A stretch of DNA of 64,000 bases from Octopus sinensis. Its lineage: Eukaryota. The stretch lies in the NCBI RefSeq assembly GCF_006345805.1, contig NC_043003.1, positions 2,914,001 to 2,978,000 on the forward strand, written 5' to 3'. The translations under genes and the position numbers were made by a program. This document shows positions 11,560-22,372 of the stretch, piece after piece. The notes under the pieces were generated by a model. It was not told the origin of the DNA. It ran no database searches and was given only the letters and a program-made list of their open reading frames with translations. Every line of letters starts with the position of its first letter. Positions within the stretch are counted from its first letter, which is position 1.

Positions 11560-12330
11560 CAAAAAGGTTGCCCATGATACTGAGTCCCGTTTTTAAGGAG
11601 ACAATAACTTTGAACCCACTGATTACTGCTTATTACTTTCATTCACTCCAATCATCCCTGAAGGGCTTTGAGATCAACAGTGACACCTGGGAAATGCAAG
11701 CACAAGACCCACTGTGCCTGGTGAAGCTACAGCAACAGAAGTGGAGGCGCAATGGCCCAGTGGTTAGGGCAGCGGACTCGCGGTCGGAGGATTGCAGTTT
11801 CGATTCCCAAACCGGGTGTTGTGTGTGTTTATTGAGCAAAAACACCTAAAGCTCCACGAGGCTCCAGCAGGGGGTGGTGGCGACCCCTGTTGTACTCTTT
11901 CGTTCCAACTTTCTCTCACTCTTTCTTCCTGTTTCTTGTCCCCGACTTCCTACGCAAGCGCTGAGCCTGGATGCGCATTCATCCATCCGTCGATGCTCTC
12001 GGTGTCAGGGGTTGACCTGCTTTCTCTTCTGCGAGTCTTGCGAATAGCAAAGGACCACATTTCAGACTTCTCCCATCTTGCGAGCTCTGGGACAAAGACC
12101 GTTCACTCAACAGCAACAGCAGCAACAGAGGCACCATCTTTTATGAGCAGAAGAAGATTGCAGGGGCACAAAAAGAAAACATGGACAATGCAAGCCCAGA
12201 GCCAGCTCCTTGCTTTCAGTCCCAACAGACCCCACCAGTTCTTGACCTGTGGCAGAGCCTTCTCAGAAAGCAATGGACTGATTGGCCACAGCTGGACACA
12301 CTGTGACCCTTCGTCTTCTCCCAAATAATG
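11560..12330 (+). mobile_element. 3' fragment of a second (BovB-like) RTE, split by a SINE
   Basis: SLKGFEINSDTWEMQAQD before and TCGRAFSESNGLIGHSWTH (C2H2-like RTE C-terminus) after the insertion. Confidence 0.65.
11741..12115 (+). mobile_element. tRNA-derived SINE (family D, alternative 3' half)
   Basis: Head gtggaggcgcaatggcccagtggttagggc...ttcgattccc; probable duplication agcaacaga at both ends. Confidence 0.75.
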
Positions 12331-12385
12331 TCCTTTGCCATTGTTGACAACAGACAAACTAATAATAATAATAATAATAATAATA

Positions 12386-12883
12386 AAGTGTTATCATGTA
12401 CATTATTTTGTCTTGGTATAAAAGATGGGCTACAGCAAATACAGCTCAATACCACAGATTTGCTTGTCAGTTGTTTGACCATAACCAGTTGAGCATGTCC
12501 CTTAGTGGCTGACGATATGTGCATCTCTGATCACGAGCAGAAGTAGTGGGGGAACATCATGGCCATGTGTTGAGGGGGATTCTTTGGGGTTTGAATAATT
12601 CGCCTCTGGAAACATGGGTGGTTCTTTCAACATCCTTAAACAACCCTTATTCAGGGACCTTTTGAGCGGATTGGGCTACTCAACCTGAAGAAAATTCTAA
12701 CTGGGCCCCACCTGCAAGGTCATGTGCTGTTTATCTTGATATGAGATCACCATGTCGCGCACATATGGTTGTGATGCATGTGCCTGGTGTACCTTTATCA
12801 GACAGGTAGTCATGATGGGTATATTGGGCTTCGTATATTTTACCCCAGTGTCACTTTGATGGCATGCACTGCTCTCTCACTCA

Positions 12884-12884
<1 letters not shown>
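12386..12884. mobile_element. non-coding element of about 500 bp inserted in (AAT)n
   Basis: Sharp boundaries with pure AAT arrays on both sides; no ORF recognised. Confidence 0.5.
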
Positions 12885-12921
<37 letters not shown>

Positions 12922-13159
12922 CTCACTTCAAGTATTTCAACTGTGACAAGAAATCATAAACATTCACCTCCTTAATCATATTAAGTGTCTTACCTTTTCC
13001 AGTGAATATTATTCTGGCTTCTATAGAACTAGATATACAAGAAGCCTAGTCTTCTGTGCCATCTATCCCTGAATCAGATCTTGAAGAGACTTATCCTCTT
13101 GTGTCATGAACAGTAATCTATAACTCTTAGCAACTTTAAAAAGAAAAAAGGTACTATAG

Positions 13160-13513
13160 TGATTGCCTTGGATCGTAGGGTGACCTGCTGTGCTTGAGGA
13201 GACCTATTGAGTCAAGTACATCAACATCAAAAAATCAAATGGAAATTGTAGTTGTGATACCCATGCTGGTGGCACATGAAAAAGCACCAACCAATCGTGG
13301 TCATTGCCAGCCTCCTCTGGCCCCTGTGCCAGTGGCATGTAAAAAGCATCCACTACACTAACAGAGTGGTTGGTGTTAGGAAGGGCATCCAGCTGTAGAA
13401 ACCTCGCCAGATCAGACTGGAGCCTGGTGCAGCCTTCTGGCTTCCCAGATCCCCAGTCGAACCGTCCAACCCAGGCTAGCATGGAAAACGGACGTTAAAC
13501 GATGATGATGATG
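13160..13513 (+). mobile_element. RTE 3'-tail repeat ending in (GAT)n
   Basis: Matches the 3' UTR of 42553-44842; other copies at 3459-3895, 8956-9155, 58911-59115, 60070-60588, 60945-61127, 62755-62908, 63227-63440. Confidence 0.85.
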
Positions 13514-13586
13514 AATATTTCATGATAATAATTTACTTGTAAAGAGTTGTCAAAGAATAATACTAACTGTTCCTTTATAATTTCAG

Positions 13587-13724
13587 ATGGTCTTATGGTG
13601 TCTTACTTTGGGAAATAATTACTGTTGGAGGAGTACCTTATGGTGAAATGAGTCGGCAAGAACTGCTCGACCATCTCATGTCTGATAAACGTCTTGAAAT
13701 TCCTAGCCAATGTAACCCAGAATT
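13587..13724 (+). CDS. RTK-like pseudokinase, coding exon (WSYGVLLWEIITVGGVPYGEMSRQELLDHLMSDKRLEIPSQCNPEL)
   Basis: aatttcag acceptor, TT|gtgagt donor; 138 nt, phase 2/2; canonical WSxGVLLWEIxTxGxxPY subdomain IX. Confidence 0.95.
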
Positions 13725-14131
13725 GTGAGTTAATTTTGTGATTATACAATCTTCAAATACATCTTTATATCATTTAAAAATAGATCATAGAATTGTATAA
13801 ACCATTGCGTAAACCTTAGTCTCCAAAATACATCTCAGAATTCAATTGAGCAGTTTGAATTGTGTAAAACTTAGATAAAATAGAATATGTAAAAATTGTT
13901 CTCCTTCATCTCTGTGAAGTAACTGGAATTAATTTTTATTGCATTTCATTTTATCATCAAAATCTACTGACTTTTTATTCTTTATGAAAGAATCTTCCGA
14001 ATAATCACTGTTGGCTGCAAGAACTTCTCTTGTGACTCTTAAACAAGTCATTCAGTCACTTTTCAAGTCTTTCAACTACACGAAAATGATGTGACATAAA
14101 TGTTGAAGGTCTTTCTAAAGTTCACACACAA

Positions 14132-14312
14132 ACGATGAGGTGTTGAAAAAGTACCACAAACCCCTGATCAGAGGCCCAACCTTCCAAGTTCTTTTACAGA
14201 GCTTTGAAAAACCGAAGGACTGCTGCAATAAGTTTGCGAATCTGAGAGGGGAATATTTTGATTAAAATCACGATTAACTGATTCTCCAGTAACTTTTCAG
14301 CACCCCATCGTA
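14132..14312. mobile_element. mariner-type MITE
   Basis: Imperfect TIRs acgatgaggtgttgaaaaagt / acttttcagcaccccatcgta. Confidence 0.55.
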
Positions 14313-15114
14313 CATCTAACATTTACATATGACTGGATGGCAAACCACTTGAGGATCCACATTTGAACAAGAAACTAACAAAAATAAAGCTCATATTTAC
14401 TCAACCTCTGATGAATGTACTTGTCTCATTGGCTACTGGACTAAATGTTACTGACCTTGGTAAGGTTCTTAGTTCAAATATACACCAGATGATGACCAGC
14501 AATTGGAATGCACTGGGTCTGGCTCTCAATGTTTTGACAAATGAAAGTTCAGCAAGACACAGCTGCATGGATCTCTTAGTTCAATGTTTGGTCATGTTGC
14601 CACTGGACTTATGGAAAAAGTGTGATGGTGGTAGTGCTGGTTTCTTCGTTTTTCTGACCACTCTACAAAATAAATATTATTCCAGTGGTTTGCCTGGTTT
14701 CTGCAGAGCCAGTCCCATCATATGCTTGCCTTTCAGACTTTTGCTGGTTCGGTGCAGCAAGTGCTATAAACCCAATAGTTAGGATGCAGGATTTGTATAG
14801 GGTTACTTTCTCTTAGATGAACAGTTAAAGAGCTGAAGGGCCGCATCTACCCACAGGGATGTAAACACACCAACCCTGGTTGTCAAGTGCTAGGCACACG
14901 CACATACACGTATATATACGATGAGCTTCTTTCAGTTTCAATCTACCAAATCTACTCACAAGGCTTTGGTTGGCCCGAGGCTGTTGTAGAAGACACTAGC
15001 GCAAGGTACCATGCATTGAGAATGAACTCAGGACCATGTGGTTGGGAAGCAATCTTCTTACCACACAGTCACGCCTGCATCTATAAATATATATATACAT
15101 ATATTTTTATATTG

Positions 15115-15480
15115 CAATTGCAGCGTGGAAGGTGTTTATAAGCCATTTAAGAAACACACAAAAGCCGTTCGATTCACTTCAACATTTAAGTTTAATTTGT
15201 CAAAATATTTTCGTCGCTAAAATCCGCGACCTGTTCACTGACAAAAATCCGTGCTGCATCTCAGTGAACGGGTCGCGGATTTTAGTGAACAGGTCGTGAA
15301 CAGGTCGCGGATTTTAGCGACGAAAATATTTTGACAAATTAAACTTAAATGTTGAAGTGAATCGAACGGCTTTTGTGTGTTTCTTAAATGGCTAATAAAC
15401 ACCTTCCATGCTGCAATTGTTTTCGTTTCAGCACACGATCTCAGATCAAATTACTTGCTATGCGAGTACATCTCCGTAAT
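15115..15480. mobile_element. foldback (head-to-head) element, probably Penelope pLTR-derived
   Basis: Near-perfect inverted arms 15115-15245 and about 15290-15419, plus a 60-nt tail shared with the 55285 copy. Confidence 0.75.
15196..15245 (-). ncRNA. minimal type I hammerhead ribozyme motif with compensated G3:C8 core
   Basis: Minus strand TTTGTCA / GTGAACA / G / GTCGC-GGATTTTA-GCGAC / GAA-AATATT-T / TGACAAA; 7-bp stem I, 5-bp stem II, AATATT palindrome. Confidence 0.7.
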
Positions 15481-16494
15481 ATTTTTATATTAATATTAGG
15501 GAAGTTATTTCCAAGTCCACAGGGGAGAGAAGTTCAATTTAGTGGTACTAAATACTAAAATGAATTACTCACTGTATTATATACAGATATATAGATAGGT
15601 TTAAGAGACAGAATCACCCTCAACAACTCAATCATCATTGAATGACATTATCCACAATAGGTACATATAGAACTAAATATTAAAATTATCAAAATTAATA
15701 CCTTCAATTCCTATTTCAAATCATACGAGCGTTTCATGACAATATATTCCTTGATATTACTGAAAAAGAATGTCTCTAAATACAATACTATATTAAAACG
15801 ATTATATTGCCAATCTTCAGGTCTCGCATATATGAACTTATTTTGCTATTTACATCCTATATAAAGACATGACAGACTAAAATTATATAACTAGAAGTTG
15901 TTGGAATAATTTTACTTTAGTAAATAATGAACAGAAATGTGGGATAAAAGTAGTAAAAAGAAATGTTACCTGTATGGTAATTTTCTCTCCATGAATTAAA
16001 CATTGATTTATCTCTTTCTTAAATGGCTCTACCTGCCTGATCTTATTTCTTTATTATTTTATAATTAGCCTTTATTTATTTATAAAATTAATCTACTTTT
16101 TGTATCTCTATAAATTCATACTTGGCTTATATAAAACTATACTGGTATATTCACTACTTATAAAAAATACTGCTTAGATTATAATTTTATTAATATATAA
16201 TTAGCATGTTCCTTTACCTCAATACTCCTTTATTAATACCAGTATATACCAATTAATCAATATTCACAGATACCATCTGATGAGTTAGTATTTAAGTGTA
16301 CAATATGTATAAATATTAAACTATTTCTGGATAATTCATTTTCCTCCCTCTATTGTGCTAAAAGTTTGGTATATACTCAAAAGTATTCATAAATTTCCAT
16401 CCTTTTGTTATAATATTCTTCTTAATAATCCTCTGAATAACCCTAAACTTTAACTCTATACAATATAGTAACATTGTTTAAAATATTTAACTAT

Positions 16495-16888
16495 AGTCGC
16501 AGGAGTGGCTGTGTGGTAAGTAACTTGCTTACCAACCATATGGTTCTGGGTTCAGTGTCTTCTGCTATAGCCTCGGGCCGACCAATGCCTTGTGAGTGGA
16601 TTTGGTAGATGGAAACTGAAAGAAGCCTGTCGTATATATGTATATATATATATATGTAAGTGTGTGTATGTTTGTGTGTCTGTGTTTGTCCCCCTAGCAT
16701 TGCTTGACAACTGATTCTGGTGTGTTTACGTCCCCGTCACTTAGCGGTTCGGCAAAAGAGACCGATAGAATAAGTACTGGGCTTACAAAGAATAAGTCCC
16801 GGGGTCGATTTGCTCGACTAAAGGCGGTGCTCCAGCATGGCTGCAGTCAATTGACTGAAACAAGTAAAAGATTAAAGAGTAAAGAGTA
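16495..16888 (+). mobile_element. SINE family A
   Basis: High similarity to the reverse complement of 3990-4410. Confidence 0.85.
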
Positions 16889-17621
16889 TAGTACTACATG
16901 ATAAGACTTCCCCTGTTTCATTATCAATGGTCTGATGGTGGGTGACCCTCTTAATTGTCAGCTAACATCTTGTTTTAAGTTTTCCCTTACCAAACCTCAT
17001 GATATTGCTTCTAATAAATCTTGATTTTTATGACTATACCAACTATGATGTGTGTCTGCTCCCTCAGCCCTACCCCTAACAGATACTGTCCCTCTGTTCT
17101 CTCAGCCTTAGATACACAAAGGATTTGATAAACTAGCCTACAAATTAAAACTGACCCCATAAAAACAAAAAAAAAATCAATGACAGGCAGAGTCTGTAAC
17201 AATGTATATCTTCTTGAAAACTTAGTAACTTCTATGCTGGAATGAAGACAACATGTTCTTTGTCTATCTCCTTAACTTCTTGGAGATTTTAGGTATAATT
17301 ATGCCAATGTGTCCATCTGTTCTAATTTAATTAAATTATATGTCTTTGTGAAGCTAAGGATTGCTCTGCATTTTAAATTGATGTAATGATTGGATTGTTC
17401 AATTAAATGGAGTTGCATGAAACAATCGTACTACATTACCTCTGGATATCCTTCTTGCTTATTTTGATTTTAATCATCTTATTTTGAAATTGTATGGATA
17501 ATACCATACTAAATTCTGGTGCCTCAACTTAGGTACCATATTCATCTGAATCTAAATTTTTGCTGAACTCATCTACCATACCCAACGTATATATATATAC
17601 TGATTTCTTTTCTTCTTTCAG

Positions 17622-17721
17622 GGAGTCATTGATAAAAAATTGCTGGAAAGAAAATGAGAGAGAGAGAACACCATCTGACTTGATGCATGAAAAGCTGTTG
17701 GAAATGGCGAGTGAAGGGGAG
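17622..17721 (+). CDS. RTK-like pseudokinase, coding exon (ESLIKNCWKENERERTPSDLMHEKLLEMASEGE)
   Basis: cttctttcag acceptor, GAG|gtctgt donor; 100 nt, phase 2/0; CW...RP-like subdomain XI. Read-through of this donor would stop at 17748. Confidence 0.85.
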
Positions 17722-20700
17722 GTCTGTGAAAAAGAAATATCACTCTAAAATAATTCCTTATCATTTTGTGGTTTAATGAAATTTTTGCATTTTTATTCAT
17801 GTCTCATTTTCATTTATTAGAGTTTATATTTATAAAACGAAAGAAATTTATTTTTCTTGAATTTCATTTTCTATTTTTTAAAAAAGCAACAATTTTGTCT
17901 TGCCTCTCACTTATCGCATTCTCATGTAAAAAAAAAAGAAAAATGAAATAAATATTTTTTTATTTTTGTCAAAATATTTCCTGCTTTCACACTGCATGTT
18001 TTTTCCCTCTAAACCCACATAAATAATGTTTTCTTTCCCTTGAGCCAGGCTTTAATGTATCTACATCTACAAATATATCTCCGCTTCATTAATAACCATA
18101 CATTAATATTCCTTTATTTTTTAATTATGAAGATTATACTCATTAGTCATTACCATTATTATTATTATTCTCCGGCAGAACCATTAGCACACCAGACAAA
18201 TGCTTAGCTGCATTTCATCTGTCTTTATATTCTGAGTTCAAATTCCACTGAGGTCATCTTTTCCATTCATTCTTTCTGGGTCAATACAATAAGTACCAGT
18301 CATGCACTGGGGTCAATATAATCGACTTCGCCCCTCCCCTGAAATTGCTGGCCTTGTACCAAAATTTGAATCCCTTATTATGAAACTCTAATAGATGAGG
18401 GCACCATTCATAATAGATCAGTGCTTTCAAATTTTGGCTCAAAGCCAGCAATTTCTGAAGAGGAGCTCAGTTGATTACATCAACCACGTGCTTACCTGGT
18501 GTTTTATTTTGCCAACCCCCACAGAATGAAAAGCAAAGTTTATCTCAGAATTTGAACTCAGAAAGTAAAGAGCCGGAGGAGATGCCTCTGAGCCATTTTC
18601 TCTGACATGCTTAGATAACGACAATCGTCTCAGGAGTCCAAACAGAAATTCCTCATCACGTTTGAAGTTACATACATATATACAGGACATGAAGAAAAAA
18701 ACTGGGACCCAGTTGGTCACAGTGACAAGGGTTCCAAGTTTGATCCAATCAATGGAACAGCTTGCTTGTGAAATTAATGTGCAAGTGGTTGAGGACTCCA
18801 CAGACACGTGTACACTTAGTGTAGTTCTCGGGGAGAATCAGCGTGATACAGAATGTGACAAAGCCAGCCCTTTAAAATACAGGTGCTACACATTTTTGCC
18901 AGCTGAGTGGACTGGAGCAACGTGAAATAAAGTGTCTTGCTCAAGGACACAATGCGTCGCCGGGAATTGAACTCACGACCTTACGCTCATAAGCCAAATA
19001 CTCTAACCACCTAACTATGTGCCTTCACCATACTCACACACACACATGCATGCATGCACACACGCATACATTCACACACACATAGTTAAAAACATAGTTG
19101 TGATTCAGTGTAAAAGTCCCATTGTTTTGTAGCATTTGTCCTGATTCCTCTCTGATCAAGAGGACAGTATATTTATTTTCAGTGTTTTGCAGAACATAGC
19201 GGGGCCAAAGAACCTTTGGAAAACTAACAGAAGTAGTTTAGCTACAGCTTATTTGTCTGATTCTAGAAGAATTATAGGGAAGCCATCTGGGTCTGTTGCT
19301 GAGTTGAAGCCCTTTTTGTGTAAAGCAGTGATTATATCAACCCATTTTGTTATTGTTAATGTTTTCAACCTTTGTGCATGATTCCCTAAGTGCCTCTAAT
19401 ATGGTTAAATGTCATATATTCTGTGTATATTTCCTTTATGGTGACACTCAAAGCATTTCTTCAAAATGCCAAATGGGATTACGATTTTAATAGTTTGTAT
19501 CCCTGCTTCGTCAGCAGTAAATGTTTAATTCAATTCTTACTAAATGTTTTCATACATTTCGTATTCAAATAATATGTAAATTGATGTGTACAAGCTTACA
19601 TCAATTTGCATAATTATAATGTGATTCAATCTGGTGTGTGTGTCTGTGTGTCACTTTTATGCTTGTGTAAAATTGCTGTAGGATTAACAGACAGGACTGC
19701 TAATGTGAAACAGCTATCTCAGGCCATATACTTTGGTAATCTCTCCTTTTAATTCTGGCTCAAAACTGCTTTTATTTACTAATGATTCATATTGAACATA
19801 GAAGGGTGTCTGGTTATTACTAGAATTGCCTCATCAAGGAATATTCTTGCTCCGTGAATTCTTAATCAATACATTTGATTTGCAAATTTATTTCACTAAC
19901 AGAAATTCAAAAAGGGAAGGTGGGAGGAAGAAACTTTCCATGGTTCCTATAGTCTTTGTTATATTTCTCACATCCTTTGTTTTAAAACGACTGTACTGAA
20001 ATGATATCTATCTAGTTAGACCATTTTATAAATCTGTTAATAGTTAAAGAACAATTTCCACACCATTGCATATATCTTGATCTGAGTAGTTTCGGCATGT
20101 ATAGGCAGTAGCTGCACTATATCAGGCTTTAGGCATGCAAAATACATCCATTTAACATCCTTTATTTGATGGCTTATAAGATGTATCGTTTCTTCCAATA
20201 AAAAGTCTCAAAAAGTCACCCCAGGGCCCTCCATATTATACTAAATTGGTCCAATGTCAGAATCTTTAATGCACTAAAATCTTTTCACCTGCATATGTAC
20301 TGCTAAAATTGAGGTACATCTAACAGACCCATGCATCTTTTATGCCGTCAAATATGGCAGATTATCTTCTTATTAATTCTTCTTATGCTTGTCAAATCTA
20401 ATCTGTCAAATCTAATGCTTAATTCCTCATACTGCTTTGAATTAATCCTGCATTATCTCATAGCAAGGCAGCGAACTGGCAGAATCATTAGAACGCTGGG
20501 GCAAAAATGCTTAGTGGTATTTCGTCTACCACTATGTTCTCAGTTCAAATTCTGCCAAGGTTGACTTTGCCTTTCATCCTTTCGGGGTCGCTTACATAAG
20601 TACCAGTTGAGCACTGGGGTCAATGTAATCGACTTACCTTCTTCCCCCAAATTTCAGGCCTTGTACCTGCAGTAGAAAGGATTATTTTATAGCTTCAAGG

Positions 20701-21049
20701 CATTCAATGACATCACTGTTTATTTTTAGAATAACATTGCAGAATAGGTGTGAGAAGCCAGATCTGGTTGGCTTAAACACAAAACAAGTTGAATATATTC
20801 AGGCTGAATAAGGCCAGTTTAAATACTGAACGGCTGAGCATAATATCGTCAATTTTACAAGATTTGATCCCTGGTCAAATGCTTTTGCTATGAAATTTAA
20901 CTCATTTGGTCTTCACATGTTTAAGACTTGAAATTAATTTTTTAAATACACTTTGTCTATATTCTTTCTAACTTTGAGTTTTCCTTCTTCTTCTTCTCTT
21001 CTTCTTCTTATTTACTAACATTAACACCAATGCATTCGTTTCATTTCAG

Positions 21050-21091
21050 ATGTATATTGCACCAACTAAAGAACCAAGAAAACGTAATTAA
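21050..21091 (+). CDS. RTK-like pseudokinase, probable terminal coding exon (MYIAPTKEPRKRN*)
   Basis: ttcatttcag acceptor, phase 0, in frame with the previous exon; xYI position matches the EYL/DYL start of FGFR/RET tail exons; TAA at 21089-21091. Confidence 0.7.
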   Translation: MYIAPTKEPRKRN

Positions 21092-21724
21092 AAGCATCTC
21101 TCAGGCATGTTAAATTTTCTGTGCTGTTACAGAATAACTGATGTTACTGGATTAATTTGAATGATTTGTTATAGACTTTGTTACCTCGTTCAGTTATGCT
21201 GGATTGAGAAGCAAGTTGAGGAAGCTGTCTTTGGTAGCAAAACTAGAACGTTATGCTATTTTTGATCTGCTATGTATATAAACATATACATATATGTGTG
21301 TCTCTGTCTGTATATCTATATTCATATATGTATAAACATTTGTATATATATATATATGGATACCAGTTTAGAATAGTAAGGTTGTCCAACCAGTGTGTTG
21401 CAATTGGCAACTAAATGGAAGATATCTCTCGTCTATAATTGAAGACTTGATATCAGGAAGTGTATCCAGTTATATAAATTCTGCACCAGAAAAATTCTAT
21501 AAAACATGGTGAGAATCAATATCGTATAAGATGAGAAAAAAAAAAAAAAACTAAAATGATTGGGAGAAAAAAAAATGTATTGATATATGCATATGAAGAT
21601 AAAGATATATATGCATGTAAATTTGAATATATAAGTGTTATATATATGTGTATATATAATATACGCACATATGTACAAATGTATGTATGCAACATTTTTC
21701 CGTAACACGTTTATATTACTCTGA

Positions 21725-21730
21725 AATAAA
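21725..21730 (+). terminator. candidate polyadenylation signal of the RTK-like gene
   Basis: AATAAA about 630 nt after the stop codon; position only, no transcript data. Confidence 0.3.
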
Positions 21731-21925
21731 CTTGCTAATAATTGCATTAGAGCAGCGTAATTTGTTGGGTGCCAGAGAGTCTTGGTGATTTACGTTACGG
21801 AAGAACTTTTTAAGAACCTTTTTGATGACAGCTTCACTGTAAAAGGGCCGAAATTCTAATGTCCCTAATTTTCCCTAAATCTTGATGACTACTTAAACAT
21901 TCAAACAGGTTTTGTTTATGGAAAA

Positions 21926-21926
<1 letters not shown>

Positions 21927-21983
<57 letters not shown>

Positions 21984-22073
21984 TATATATATAATATATA
22001 TACATATATACATATACATATATAAATATATATACATATACATATATACATATATATACATATGTATATATAT

Positions 22074-22124
<51 letters not shown>

Positions 22125-22144
22125 TAAATACATATATATACATA

Positions 22145-22183
<39 letters not shown>

Positions 22184-22285
22184 CAGGTATATATAATATA
22201 CATATACAAATGCATATATATATATATACATGCATACGTACATATACATACATACATATATACATACATATATATATATATGCAT
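21927..22285. repeat. compound (TA)n/(CA)n microsatellite
   Basis: Direct reading; similar blocks at 30325-30610, 34290-34600, 35000-35120, 35315-36215, 63475-63550. Confidence 0.95.
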
Positions 22286-22334
22286 TTGCTCAAGATTGAC
22301 TTATTCACTCTCTCATATATTTCCTCACAACTGA

Positions 22335-22372
<38 letters not shown>

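Noticed and set aside
11741-11815. tRNA genes at SINE heads (also 864, 39686, 42120)
   Set aside because: A and B boxes are present but there is no complete acceptor stem, and each continues into a multicopy body.
11930-12095. HDV-like ribozyme in the SINE 3' half (TTGTCCC/GGGACAA, CTT-CCTACGC-AAG)
   Set aside because: P1 is only partly pairable and J4/2 does not fit C-R-A-A spacing; not supportable by eye.
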